From sequence record CM079450.1: a DNA stretch of 32,000 bases. One strand, 5' to 3'. Positions 11,828 to 22,609 of the stretch are shown piece after piece. How positions within the stretch are numbered: the stretch's first letter is position 1; every line of letters begins with the position of its first letter. Under the pieces are notes generated by a model, which ran no database searches, was not told the DNA's origin, and saw only the letters and a list, made by a program, of their open reading frames with translations. A program made the translations under genes and the position numbers.

Positions 11828-11923
11828 CCGGTCCGGTAGTATAAGCAAAGCTTATGCTACCGTCAGAAGACCGGTCTTCTGACGGTAGCATAAGCTTTGC
11901 TTATACTACCGTCAGAAGACCGG
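11828..11923. repeat. Head-to-head dimer of B-type hairpins sharing a central CCGG, with cores in opposite orientation (aaa then ttt)
   Basis: Direct reading: the first unit has the ccggtccggtag left arm and the second has tcttctgacggtag arms. Confidence 0.95.
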
Positions 11924-12277
11924 AGGAAAGAAGAATGGACCGGCAATAGTAAAGGTATGGGGCTTAGCTTTTATGAGTTGGCTATGGAAGGGATATAGTA
12001 AAAGGTATGGGAAAGCATTTCGGCTTGGCCCTAAAGAAAATAAAAGCCTTGCTCCCTCATGATTTCCCTTCCGGTCCTAATTTATAAGCACCAAATAATT
12101 ATTTGGTGCTTATAAATTAGGACCGGCAATAGTAAAGGGAAGAAGCGTTATATTATGCCTTTGTTCCCGCATGATAGTGTTTATAAATAATATAAGGCTT
12201 CTTTCCCTTCCGGAAAAGCACTATCATCCCAAAGGGATAATATAACTTCACCCCTTCGTTAAAAGAAAAGTGCTTTT

Positions 12278-12315
12278 CCGGTCCGGTAGGAACCGGCCGG
12301 TTCCTACCGGACCGG
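12278..12315. repeat. Palindrome A, copy 6
   Basis: Identical 38-mer. Confidence 0.97.
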
Positions 12316-12846
12316 TCTTCTGACGGTAGCATAAGCTTTGCTTATACTTAATTTAAAAGAAGAGAGAACACCCAATAATTATTTGGCAGAAAAGTGCTTA
12401 TAAATTAGGACCGGAAGGACGCACAAACCAAATTATTATTTGTTTTAACTAAAAACGAAGTTTTTATAAAGGCTCCGCCTTTAGCTTCTTCTTCTTTCCT
12501 TTAGTTGGTGTTTTCTTCTGTCTGTGCGTCCCTCCGGTCTTCTGACGGTAGCATAAGCTTTGCTTATACTTAATTTAAAAGAAGAGAGAACACCAAATAA
12601 TTATTTGTTTGCGCAGAACAGAAAAGTGCTTATAAATAATATAAGGCTGGAAAATAAAGCCTTGCTCCCCAAAGGGGAGAAGTGCATGGACCGGAAAAGC
12701 ACTTTTCTTTTAACTATGCGCTTCTTTCCTTTAGGAAAGCATATACGCGCGAAGCGCGGAGAAGGGGTGTTTTCTTAAACACCAACAGAAAAAACAAACT
12801 AAAGGGAAGTTATATCATCCCTTTGTTCCCGCATAATAGTGCTTTT

Positions 12847-12884
12847 CCGGTCCGGTAGGAACCGGCCGGTTCCTACCGGACCGG
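12847..12884. repeat. Palindrome A, copy 7
   Basis: Identical 38-mer. Confidence 0.97.
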
Positions 12885-13120
12885 TCTTCTGACGGTAGCA
12901 TAAGCTTTGCTTATACTTAATTTAAAAGAAGAGAGAACACCCAATAATTATTGGGTGCTTATAAATAATATAAGGCTGGAAAATAAAGCCTTGCACGAAG
13001 TGCATGGACCGGAGGGGGAAAGAATGAGGGGGAAAGATGAAAAACAACGGTAAGCGCATAAAACCCCCCAAACCTCACGATCTTTGGTGGTCACAAAGAA
13101 AAAGAAAAAAGCAAGAAAAA

Positions 13121-13243
13121 GCCTGGCATTAGGACCAATTTCCCAGACAGAGCCCCGTCTAGTTTTTTGGTCCCCTATACTATTTCACTATCGAGTTCGA
13201 GATGGATCGATGTGGGTCCAGTATAGCGAGGAACACCAAGCAA
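13121..13243 (-). rRNA. rrn5: 5S rRNA
   Basis: The reverse complement reads ...GCTTGGTGTTCCTCGCTATACTGGACCCACATCGATCCATCTCGAACTCGATAGTGAAA...GGGAAATTGGTCCTAATGCCAGGC. This is the chloroplast 5S pattern (CCATCTCGAAC loop, terminal helix GCTTGG/CCAGGC), and it lies downstream of 23S. Confidence 0.85.
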
Positions 13244-13263
13244 TATGTAGAAACTTTTAAAAG

Positions 13264-13286
13264 CCCACCCTAATTTATAGGGTGGG
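13264..13286. other. Stem-loop (cccaccct-aatttat-agggtggg) in the 23S-5S spacer; possible processing signal
   Basis: 8-bp perfect stem read directly. Similar cacccaaat...atttgggtg hairpins flank other rRNA-operon components. Confidence 0.6.
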
Positions 13287-13687
13287 TTTTAAGTTAAAAA
13301 AGATCAAAATCAATCGGTCTTTAGTACATCTCAGCTGAAGCCATTGCGGACTGTACACTTGATGCCTATCAAACGGCTGGTCTTGCCGCGACCTAATGGA
13401 GAGCACTCATCTTGAGGTTAGCTTCGCACTTAGATGCTTTCAGCGCTAATCTACCCGTGCGTGGCTACCCAGCGTTTCCCATTGGAATGAGAACTGGTAC
13501 ACTATTGGCACGTCAATACCGGTCCTCTCGTACGAGGTACTGATCCTCTCAATGCTCTAACGCCTACACCGGATATGGACCAAACTGTCTCACGACGTTT
13601 TGAACCCAGCTCACGTACCACTTTAATGGGCGAACAGCCCAACCCTTCGAACCTACTGCAGATCGAGGATGTGATGAGCCGACATCG

Positions 13688-14212
13688 TCTTTGTATTACA
13701 TTTCTTTTATAATTTTAGAAACGCTAGCTTATTTGGCAACCCAATATAAGCTAGCTTACAGTTGCCTGTAAGAGTAGACTATATCTTTATCCATTTTTTT
13801 AAATGGATATTCGGCGTTTAGTCGTTGAGGGGTCATTGCCCCCTTTAGGGTAGGCAAGAGGACTTCCCTGCTGATTGTCCGCAATCAATATGTGTCAATT
13901 TTAGACGCCTTTATAAGGGGCATACACTTATTATGTACTAAAAGCTCATCCTGGTGGGGAAGGCATTATTATTTGGGGGATAATTTCCCCCTTTGGGGGA
14001 TATAAGAAGCTTTTATAAGGGCGAAGCCCTTAGTGAAAGAGTTCAAATGAACTTATATTTCATATAATAAAAACTTTGTTTTTAGTAAATATATTAAGTG
14101 TCTAAAACCATATGACTCTAACATTCCTAGTGCCACTTAGCACATGGAAACGGAGGTTCCAGCATATAGCCAAATCCATTTTATGTATTACTACATAAAC
14201 GCCCCAATGTCG
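13688..14212 (-). other. ORF-less group I-like intron in 23S near E. coli position ~2500 (boundaries +/-3 nt)
   Basis: It interrupts GGCACCT / CGATGTCGGCTC. It contains the core strings AAGATATAGTC (reverse complement of 13776-13790) and AATCAGCAGGGAAGTCC (reverse complement of about 13860-13880), which are shared with the next intron. SDR modules are embedded at about 13975-14095. Confidence 0.75.
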
Positions 14213-14342
14213 AGGTGCCAAACCTTCCCGTCGATGTGGACTCTTGGGGAAGATCAGCCTGTTATCCCTAGAGTAACTTTTATCCGTTGAGCGACGGCCC
14301 TTCCACACGGCACCGTCGGATCACTAAGGCCGGCTTTCGCCC

Positions 14343-14374
<32 letters not shown>

Positions 14375-14450
14375 TCTTCTGCCTTTACACTCCATGCCTG
14401 ATTTCCGTCCAGGCTGAGAGAACCTTTGCACGCCTCAGTTACCGTTTATG

Positions 14451-15699
14451 CAATAATGTTGACTTCAAATAATTAATCTTTTCTTTTATATACGCTTTAT
14501 ATGTAAGGTTCTTTCAAGTACTTTGCTGTCGTAATGGCAGGGAACTTATAGGCAAAACAAGGTAATATAAGGTCTGACGTGTACTTACGTAGTGCCATTT
14601 CGGCGTCACCGCCTAAATAGATTCTATATTGTAGATCGCCAGACCCCTCTATTTGTTTGTGATAACTGCTTTTTAAGCCGACCTTTTCTAAGGCTTCCAC
14701 CATTTTTTCGTGTTCTCCAAGGCTAAAACATTGAGTATTTAAATGTAATCCCATCCGTTTTCCGCCTTTTCTAGAACCGTCGTCCATAAACCAAATGGCT
14801 AAGGCAGGTTCGCTTAAAAACTTATGAAGGTTCTTAGGTAAGCCTTTTTTTCCTGCTTGGTAAAAGCTCTTGCCAAAGAAATCAAAGGCTGGATGCGATA
14901 AGGTGCTAAATCTGTATGTGTTTTTACCTGGTGTTTTGATGGGGGGAGTTAACACCCAAGGTTCAAAGATTGCATACAAAAATTTTACATATTGTGGCTT
15001 CGAGTTCTCTACCATTAGACCATAGTGTTTATTTCGGCTACCCATTAAGCGAAAATGCCCGTCCCCTAAAGCTAAACCGGCTAAAACCTTTTTCTGCAAA
15101 TCATTAAGTTTCAAAAGGCTTTTATATTTCTGTAAAACATTAGGCCCTTTTTTGACTTTTTTGTTAGAGCGCACTGTTTGCATGTTTAGTTTTTTTAAAT
15201 TTAACTTAGGGTATTGCTGCCATTGCGCTGTACTTAGAAATTTATGCCAAGCTAGTGGTATGTGTGTGTTAATCCTAATTTCTGGTTGCCTTGCAAGTGT
15301 TATAGTCATAGATTTGTTTATTTTAGAATTTTATATGTGTTTATTAAGAAAAGATTGCATTGAAATGCGCTTATAGTCGCCTATAAGTTCAGACTATATC
15401 ATCACCCTTACATATGTAAGGGTGTTCGGCGTGTAGTCGTTGAGGGGTCATAAACTTAGAATGTTTAGAGGACTTCCCTGCTGATTAACCGCAACTAAAC
15501 ATTGTTAATTTAATAGGTTCTTTTTTTATATAGGTTCTACGCTATAATAAACCTAAGTATTGCTGTATTGCAAAATTAGTTTAGTATACTAAGGCCTTTT
15601 AGACCACGGTCGTTTTAGCATATAGCCAAATTTGCCTCTCCTATTACTAGGAGAGCGCCCCACGGGTTTATTCTTTTTTTCCGTTGAATAACCCGACCT
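14451..15699 (-). mobile_element. Group I intron in 23S just 3' of the P-loop (approx. E. coli site 2262) carrying a LAGLIDADG ORF
   Basis: The exon junction reconstructs CTGGGGCGGTAGCCT|CATAAACGGTAACTGAGGCGTGCAAAGG. The upstream exon ends in T and the intron ends in G. The core string AATCAGCAGGGAAGTCC (reverse complement of about 15470-15490) and GATATAGTC (reverse complement of about 15390-15400) are present. Confidence 0.85.
14497..15309 (-). CDS. Double-motif LAGLIDADG homing endonuclease (intron-encoded)
   Basis: Two dodecapeptide motifs: VLAGLALGDGHF and LAIWFMDDGSRKG. The 270-aa ORF lies entirely within the intron. The start could be the internal Met (MQTVRS...). Confidence 0.88.
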   Translation of the reverse strand: MTITLARQPEIRINTHIPLAWHKFLSTAQWQQYPKLNLKKLNMQTVRSNKKVKKGPNVLQKYKSLLKLNDLQKKVLAGLALGDGHFRLMGSRNKHYGLMVENSKPQYVKFLYAIFEPWVLTPPIKTPGKNTYRFSTLSHPAFDFFGKSFYQAGKKGLPKNLHKFLSEPALAIWFMDDGSRKGGKRMGLHLNTQCFSLGEHEKMVEALEKVGLKSSYHKQIEGSGDLQYRIYLGGDAEMALRKYTSDLILPCFAYKFPAITTAKYLKEPYI

Positions 15700-16039
15700 A
15701 GGCTACCGCCCCAGTAAAACTGTCCACCTGAAACTGTCAAGCGTCCTGATTCAAGGATCACCATTAGGATTCTAGCTCTTCCAGAGTGGTCTCTCAATGA
15801 CGGCTCTGGTGTTCCCGGAAGAACACCTTCATAGCCTCCCACCTAGGCTGCGCAAGAAAAGCCCAAACCCCATTCCAGGATACAGTCAAGCTTCATAGGG
15901 TCTTTCTGTCCAGGTGCAGGTAGTCCGCATCTTCACGGACAAGTCTATTTCACCGAGTCTCTCTCTGAGACAGCGCCCTTATCATTACGCCTTTCGTGCA
16001 GGTCGAAACTTACTCGACAAAGAATTTCGCTACCTTAGG

Positions 16040-17046
16040 CAAAGGCATTCTTACATTTTCATGTAAGGTTGGACTATATCTTCAGCTTATACACCGGATA
16101 CTTTCCTTTATTTAACGCTCTTCTTCTGGAAGGCAGCGTTAAATGGTATAAACAGGATGACGTATAGTCTCTGAGGATCCTATTTTTGATTTTTTTGGCT
16201 TTTATTATACACAGCTTGCACGAAATCTTGAGCTTCTTCTAAGTTCTCAAAAGAAGCATTAGATTGCCCTTTTTGCATGCGTAGCTGGTCCCATACAGGT
16301 AAAATGCCTTCTTTCATAATGTTAATATCTTTGTGGCCACCGCTTTCTAAAAGCCCAAGGACTTTTGAAAACAGCTTCAGTCTCTCTTTTTTCACAGGGG
16401 AAGCGAAAGGAGGGCTGTATTTTTGCACAAAGGGTATCACTTTTTCCTGTATGGATCTGCGATTATCTATGACAAAAACCATAGTGGCATTGCTACCTGA
16501 TTTATATCTAAGACGTCCTGCTTTAAATAGAACCATAGCGGCGTGAAGGTTAGAAATACCGCTGACATGCTGGGTGATGCTAAATTCAGGATCAACCATC
16601 AAGCCAAACACAGCATTATCTAGTTTTTTCGCGCTAACATTAAAAGACCCTTCACCTTCTATAAAACCAGCCAGAAAATGACAATCTTCTTGCTTTAGTT
16701 GATTTAGAGGTGTAAGTTTGAAAATACTTTCAATTTCTTTTAAATAAGAGGGGAAGTCTTTCTTTTTTCTATTGGCATTGCCTAATGCAGCGCATATATC
16801 TTTAGAAATCTTTTCCCCCGGTGCTGTTTTCCCAAACAAATTATTACTATTGCAGTTATCCATATTTTTTTTATTTTTTATTTTTTTATAGTTTCCTGCT
16901 GATTGCCCTATAACTGTTAGAGTATCACCTACTCGGTCCTAACAGCCTTCAGGGGGTTCCAGCATATGGTCATCTTTTAAAACGGCCCTAATTTACTCTT
17001 TAAATCTTTACAGCTTTTAGGTGTAAAGGCGAAATATATAGAGTTA
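16040..17046 (-). mobile_element. Group I intron in 23S at site 1923 (the I-CeuI-type site) carrying a single-motif LAGLIDADG ORF
   Basis: The junction reconstructs CCGTAACTATAACGGT|CCTAAGGTAGCGAAATTC. The upstream exon ends in T and the intron ends in G. GATATAGTCC lies near the 3' end (reverse complement of about 16070-16082). Confidence 0.9.
16180..16863 (-). CDS. Single-motif LAGLIDADG homing endonuclease, I-CeuI-like
   Basis: There is one motif, FLAGFIEGEGSF. Downstream blocks FGLMVDPEF.ITQHV, KSGSNATMV..IDN, EKVIPF, WDQLRMQKGQSN and LEEAQDF closely match my recollection of I-CeuI from the C. eugametos LSU site-1923 intron. Confidence 0.88.
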   Translation of the reverse strand: MDNCNSNNLFGKTAPGEKISKDICAALGNANRKKKDFPSYLKEIESIFKLTPLNQLKQEDCHFLAGFIEGEGSFNVSAKKLDNAVFGLMVDPEFSITQHVSGISNLHAAMVLFKAGRLRYKSGSNATMVFVIDNRRSIQEKVIPFVQKYSPPFASPVKKERLKLFSKVLGLLESGGHKDINIMKEGILPVWDQLRMQKGQSNASFENLEEAQDFVQAVYNKSQKNQK

Positions 17047-17083
<37 letters not shown>

Positions 17084-17119
17084 GTCGTCAGCTTTTTACT
17101 TACGTAATGACCAACTTCT

Positions 17120-17150
<31 letters not shown>

Positions 17151-18474
17151 CCCATATATTGTCTTACGACTTTGCGGAGACCTGTGTTTTTGATAAACAG
17201 TTGCAAGGGCCTGGTCACTGCGACCCCCTTTGCAGAGGGCGCCCCTTCTTCCGAAGTTACGGGGCCAGTTTGCCGAGTTCCTTAGAGAGAGTTCTCTCGC
17301 GCCCCTTGGTATTCTCTACCAACCTACCTGTGTCGGTTTCAGGTACAGGAATTCTGTTGTATTGATGTTAGAGCTTTTCTTGGAAGTTTGACATCATTAG
17401 CTACTAAACCCCTGACGGAGAATAATAGGGATCACGCCTTAGCTCTAGCATAGTTTTTATTCTAGCTATCAACGCCTAAACGCTTCCACTGTAATCCATG
17501 AGCAGTCCTAATTTAGCCTCCTTCGTCCCTCTATTTCCAACAGAATTAGTACAGGAATATTAACCTGTTTGCCATCGACTACGCCTGTCGGCCTCGCCTT
17601 AGGTCCTGACTAACCCCCCATGGACGAACCTAGTGGAGGAACCCTTAGGTTTTCGGGGCATTGGATTCTCACCAATGTTTTCGTTACTTAAGCCAACATT
17701 CTCACTTCTGCTTCGTCCACCCCCATTTACATGAAAGCTTCACCCAAAGCAGAACGCTCCCCTACCTATAAGTCTATTATGTATAGATTTATATCACAGC
17801 TTCGGCAGGTCACTTAGTCCCGGCCATTGTCGGCGCAAGAACGCTTTACCAGTGAGCTATTACGCACTCTTTAAAAGGTGGCTGCTTCTAAGCAAACTTC
17901 CTGGTTGTTTCTGCATTCTCACATCCTTTTCCACTTAGTGACCATTTAGGGGCCTTAGCTGGTGATCTGGGCTGTTTCCCTCTTGACAATAGAGCTTATC
18001 CCCTACAGTCTCACTGGTTCACGGAAAACTTGCCTAGTATTCTGAGTTTGCCACGACTTGGTACCGCTTTCGCAGCCCGCATCGAAACAGTAGCTTTACC
18101 CCTAGACAGTTCATCGTTACCGCTGCGCCTCAACGCATTTCGGGGAGATCCAGCTAGCTCCGAGTTCGATTGGAATTTCTCCCCTAATCTCAACTCATCC
18201 CCCGATTTTTCAACATCGGTGGGTTCGGACCTCCACGTGGTGTTACCCAAGCTTCATCCTGGTCAAGATTAGATCACCCGGGTTCGGGTCCATAGAAAGT
18301 GACTATTTATGCCCTATTAAGACTCGCTTTCGCTTGGGCTCCGGATTTAGGTCCTTAACCCAGCCACCTTCTATAAGTCGCCGGCTCATTCTTCAACAGG
18401 CACGCGGTCAGGCTCTTATAACCCTCCCACTGCTTGTCAGCATACGGTTTCGTGTTCTATTTCACTCCCCAACA

Positions 18475-18505
<31 letters not shown>

Positions 18506-19191
18506 ATTTCGCTATCGGTCACTCAACAGTATTTAGCCTTACGAGGTGGTCCTCGCTGATTCACACGGGATTCCACGTGCCCCATGCTACTCGGGATTAG
18601 ACATTAGTGTATTATTTTTTTATTGTATAACTACTGGACTTTCACCATCTATGGTGCAGGATTCAGCTGCTTCGTCTTTTTATATATACACTATTATAAA
18701 TAGTCCTCCCACAACCCCCACGCCTTTCGACATGGGTTTAGGCTGATCCCAGTTCGCTCGCCGCTACTACGGGAATCGCGTTTGCTTTCTTTTCCTCCGG
18801 CTACTTAGATGTTTCAGTTCACCGGGTTTACTCTTTCCTAACTATGAATTATATAGGAAGTTCTTAGAGGTTGTCCTATTCGGGTATCTTCGGATCAAAG
18901 CTTGTTGCCAGCTCCTCGAAGCGTTTCGCCGGTATCTGCGCCCTTCATCGTCTGTGAGTGCCTAGGTCTCCGCCGTACGCCTTTGTTCATTTGACCTTAT
19001 ATAAGTGTTTTTAAATTACTGCCCTCTTTATTCTTTATTCTTTATAATTTATATTCCATATAATTATATGAAATATAAGTGTATATTATATATAAAGTAT
19101 TTATATGGCCTCCATTACACTTATCCATAAATCTATAAAGTTCTTACCCCCCTTTCTTTTTAAGCTTTTATACTTTTTAATATGGGGGGGG

Positions 19192-19264
19192 TGGAGATAA
19201 GCGGACTCGAACCGCTGGCATCTGCCTTGCAAAGGCAGCGCTCTACCAACTGAGCTATATCCCC
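19192..19264 (-). tRNA. trnA: tRNA-Ala (UGC)
   Basis: The reverse complement GGGGATATAGCTCAGTTGGTAGAGCGCTGCCTTTGCAAGGCAGATGCCAGCGGTTCGAGTCCGCTTATCTCCA gives a canonical cloverleaf with anticodon TGC. Position is in the rRNA spacer. Confidence 0.96.
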
Positions 19265-19615
19265 TTCTATTTTCTGCTACCCTCTTTTTTTTTTTTTTTG
19301 TGTCCTTCCGGTCCTTGCACCAAATAATTATTTGTGTTCTCTCCATAGCATAAGCTTTGCTTATACTTAATTTAAAAGAAGAGAGAACACCACATAATTA
19401 TTTGTTTGCGCAGAACAGAAAAGTGCTTATAAATAATATAAGGCTGGAAAATAAAGCCTTCCCTTTAGGCAATGGACCGGTCTTCTGACGGTAGCATAAG
19501 CTTTGCTTATACTACCGTCAGAAGACCGGAAAAGCACTTTTCTTTTAACGAAGGGGTGTTTTCTTAAACACCGAACTCCCTTTATTATTGCCAGGGGATA
19601 GATGGAGTGTAAGGG
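19265..19615. repeat. trnA-trnI spacer filled with SDR modules, including a complete 53-nt B hairpin at about 19478-19530
   Basis: It contains caccaaataattatttg, cataagctttgcttata, gcttataaataatataaggctggaaaataaagcc and ccggtcttctgacggtag...ctaccgtcagaagaccgg, all identical to intergenic copies. Confidence 0.9.
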
Positions 19616-19689
<74 letters not shown>

Positions 19690-19710
19690 TTTTTTAAAAA
19701 CATGTAGCGC

Positions 19711-19760
19711 TTATATAAAGCACCCACCCAAATTATAATTTGGGTGGGTGCTTTATATAA
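19711..19760. repeat. 50-nt perfect palindrome in the 16S-trnI spacer, followed by a second near-perfect one at about 19763-19809
   Basis: ttatataaagcacccacccaaatta|taatttgggtgggtgctttatataa is exactly self-complementary. The second (ctttctttaaagggctataccat.atggtatagcctttaaagaaag) has one indel. Confidence 0.9.
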
Positions 19761-20107
19761 AGCTTTCTTTAAAGGGCTATACCATAGATGGTATAGCCTT
19801 TAAAGAAAGTTTTTTTTATGTGCCACGGCTTCCCTTTACTATTGCCGGGAAACACGCATTCACCCAAATAATAATTTGGGTGAATAGGCATTAAATGAGA
19901 AGGAGGTGATCCAAGGCCACCTTCCAGTAGCCTTACCTTGTTACGACTTTATATCAATCGCGAATCAATCCTTAATAGCTATCCTCCAAAAAGGTTGGAC
20001 GCACCATTTCCAGGCTGACACACTCTCGGCATATGACGGGCGGTGTGGACAAGGCCCGGGAACGTATTCACCGCCATATGGCTGACTGGCGATTACTAGA
20101 GATTCCG

Positions 20108-20147
<40 letters not shown>

Positions 20148-20348
20148 GTCGGGTTTAGCAGATTTGCTAGCCTTCGCAGGATCGCTTCTGATTGTCCCGA
20201 CCATTGTATTACGCGTGACGCCCAGGGTGTAAGGGGCATGCTGACTTGACGTCATCCTCACCTTCCTCCAGCTTACACTGGCAGTCTCTCTAAAGAACCT
20301 AAAAGGTAACTAAAGACGAGGGTTGCGCTCGTTGCAGGACTTAACCAT

Positions 20349-20382
<34 letters not shown>

Positions 20383-20496
20383 CCACCTGTGACTCAGTTC
20401 CATTGCTGGCACTTTTCTATTTCTAAAAAATTCTGAGCATGTCAAACCCTGGTAAGGTTCTTCGCGTTGCATCGAATTAATCCGCATAATCCACCT

Positions 20497-20545
<49 letters not shown>

Positions 20546-20876
20546 CTCCCCAGGCGGGAAACTTAACGCGTTAGCTACAGCACTGCATTCGGCAGCACTT
20601 AGTTTCCATCGTTTACAGCTAAGACTAGCAGGGTATCTAATCCTGGTTGCTCCCTTAGCTTTCGTCTCTCAGTGTCAGTCTCGGCCCAGTAGAGCGCCTT
20701 CGCCACTGGTGTTCCTCCGCATCTCTACGCATTTCACCGCTCCACGCGGAGTTCCCTCTACCCCTACCGCACTCTAGTCCATGAGTACTTCAATGCCTTC
20801 CCAGGGTTGAGCCCTGGTTTTTAACATTGAACTTCATAGACCACCTACAGACCCTTTACGCCCAATCATTCCGGAT

Positions 20877-20920
<44 letters not shown>

Positions 20921-21230
20921 CATATATATCTTTTAGATCTCAACTGACCTTTCTTCTTTTTTTTTTTATGCGCTTCTTTCCTTTAGGAAAGCATATACGC
21001 GCGAAGCGCGTAAGAAGTAAGAAAAGGTCGCTAATTCACCAAACTGATTCTTCCAAGGTTCATCACCTTGGTATAGACTATACCATCTTCTTTTTTTTAA
21101 GAAAGAAGTTCGGCGTATTATGGAAGTGTTCTTATCTGCTAGGTTTATGGCTATTGTTTAATAGCCATAAAAACAGCTTTCGTCGCTTAAATCCATCTCG
21201 TACTCAGTTCTTAAAACCTTTCCTCAGTCG

Positions 21231-21950
21231 TTACGGGGTTATATTCTTTTTTTTAATTTTGTAAGCCATGCATTCAATTTCAGAAACAGTTGGCTTTATT
21301 AAATCTACCATCCTTCCAAAACTACTAGCAGGCAGACTAAGATAATATTGACCACTAATACACGTATGCTTAACCGCATTACTGTTAATGTTAAACTTAA
21401 GCAAATATTTACTTAACAAATTATTTTCAGCTAAAGAAAATCCTTGTGTGGCCAGTTTCCCAGCCAAACAATCATCTCTTATGCTTCCATCATCCATATA
21501 AAAAACGGCTAAGGCTAAAGAGTTCTGCCTAGGTGTTTCAGAAAACACCCCTTTAGTTTGTGCGTCCCCTAAAGGGGTGGACGGGAGAACACCAACAGAA
21601 GAATCTATATTATCTAGAGGAGAAGGGAGCCTCTCTATAAGTTCCTCAGTTATTGTTTTTACAACTCTACCCTGCCTATTTGTTTTGTAAAAGGCTTCGT
21701 GTATAGGTTTTAAGTACGCTCCTGAGCTAGTGTAAAAAAGAACGGTTTTAAAACCTTTCTGGCTGGTTACTATCTTAGGAGGCTGAGTTGTTTTACAAAG
21801 TCGCTTTAATTTTTTATATTTCCACAAAACATATTCCTTTTGCTCAATGCCGTGCTCTATTTTTAGTCGAAAGCTATTTTGTCGCTTTTGAAGGTGAGCA
21901 TCACCTAAAAGAGTTCCATAAATCAGGCTTTTTTCTTCTTTAGTTAACAC
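21231..21950 (-). CDS. Double-motif LAGLIDADG homing endonuclease (16S intron-encoded)
   Basis: Motifs LIYGTLLGDAHL and LAVFYMDDGSIRD. The 239-aa ORF lies entirely inside the intron. Confidence 0.88.
   Translation of the reverse strand: MLTKEEKSLIYGTLLGDAHLQKRQNSFRLKIEHGIEQKEYVLWKYKKLKRLCKTTQPPKIVTSQKGFKTVLFYTSSGAYLKPIHEAFYKTNRQGRVVKTITEELIERLPSPLDNIDSSVGVLPSTPLGDAQTKGVFSETPRQNSLALAVFYMDDGSIRDDCLAGKLATQGFSLAENNLLSKYLLKFNINSNAVKHTCISGQYYLSLPASSFGRMVDLIKPTVSEIECMAYKIKKKNITP
21531..21597. repeat. SDR module inserted in frame in the homing-endonuclease ORF, in the linker before the second LAGLIDADG motif
   Basis: aggtgtttcagaaaacacccctttagtttgtgcgtcccctaaaggggtggacgggagaacaccaac is the same module as rpoC2 626-714 and intergenic copies. 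Translated on the - strand as ...[21 protein letters not shown]... Confidence 0.85.
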
Positions 21951-22534
21951 GATTTCAGGCTTTTTGCATATAGGTGTTTTTTTAACAATAATTTTTTATT
22001 TTTTATATTTGAATTTTTTTACTTTATTATCTTTTTTGTCACTTTTAAAAAAAAGCTTTAAACTTCCCACGGTATTGCCCACGCCTGAGATTAAAAGTTC
22101 TTTTAACTTTTAACAACAACTCTTTTTTTAAATTTAAAAAAGAGCTCTAAACATTGCTTCTTTTTTTTCTCCCCTTATTCTTTTTTTTCTCCCCTTAATA
22201 TATTTTAAGGGAGTTCGGTGCCCAAAACATAAAAAGGGAGAAAATATAAAAAGGGAGAAAACATAAACAAAAAGACTGGTAGTCTTTTAAGTATTATTTA
22301 TAAGTATTATTTAGACCGTTACTTTTTATATGCAACGTTTGGCCGCCTCATCGTTTGGGTTTCACCGTTATGAGCCGAATTTTCCTTACTTCTCACGAAA
22401 TAAGAGGCCAACTTCTTAGCCGGGGCTTATTCCTCAGATACCGTCAGATCTTCTTCTCTGAGAAAAGGAGTTTACGAACCACGGTCCTTCATCCTCCACG
22501 CGGTATTGCTCCGTCAGGCTTGCGCCCATTGCGG

Positions 22535-22609
<75 letters not shown>

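Larger units (their letters stand above)
7250..13040. repeat. Gene-free spacer saturated with modular palindromic short dispersed repeats, including segmental duplications
   Basis: The same 15-60 nt modules recur in both orientations. Larger exact duplications include about 10480-10640 = 10900-11060 and about 10741-10880 = 11101-11240. No ORF here has any conserved-protein character. Confidence 0.9.
20921..22417 (-). mobile_element. About 1.5-kb group I-like intron in 16S rRNA just upstream of the 515-530 loop (approx. E. coli 508/509) carrying a LAGLIDADG ORF
   Basis: The junction reconstructs ...AATAAGCCCCGGCT|AACTCCGTGCCAGCAGCCGCGG. The upstream exon ends in T and the intron ends in G. 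A GGTATAGTCTATACC / TTCGGCG core resembles the 23S introns. SDR modules are embedded at about 20945-21010 and an inverted repeat at about 22150-22265. Confidence 0.85.

Noticed and set aside
7490-12778. ORF-track ORFs inside the left repeat block (7490..7852-, 7578..7811+, 8155..8343+, 8263..8496-, 9110..9319-, 9282..9482+, 9291..9497-, 9869..10090+, 10332..10616-, 10715..11035-, 11032..11259-, 11072..11296-, 11421..11762+, 12560..12778+)
   Set aside because: They are translations of palindromic repeat modules. The same peptides (MLILNLKEERTPNNYL..., MIVLFRSSDGSISFAYTTVRRPEGK..., MLPSEDRSG...) recur on both strands and at many loci, purely because the DNA is self-complementary and repeated. 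They show no conserved protein motifs, and their starts and stops fall inside the modules.
7250-13040. Insertion sequence, transposon or MITE with terminal inverted repeats
   Set aside because: No transposase, integrase or reverse-transcriptase ORF occurs anywhere in the window. I could not identify consistent target-site duplications by eye. The elements are better described as modular SDRs; autonomous mobility cannot be supported from this sequence.
13688-14212. A degenerate homing-endonuclease pseudogene in the ORF-less 23S intron
   Set aside because: I could not find any LAGLIDADG, GIY-YIG or H-N-H remnant in any frame by eye. The non-core part is explained by SDR modules. The idea is left as speculation only.
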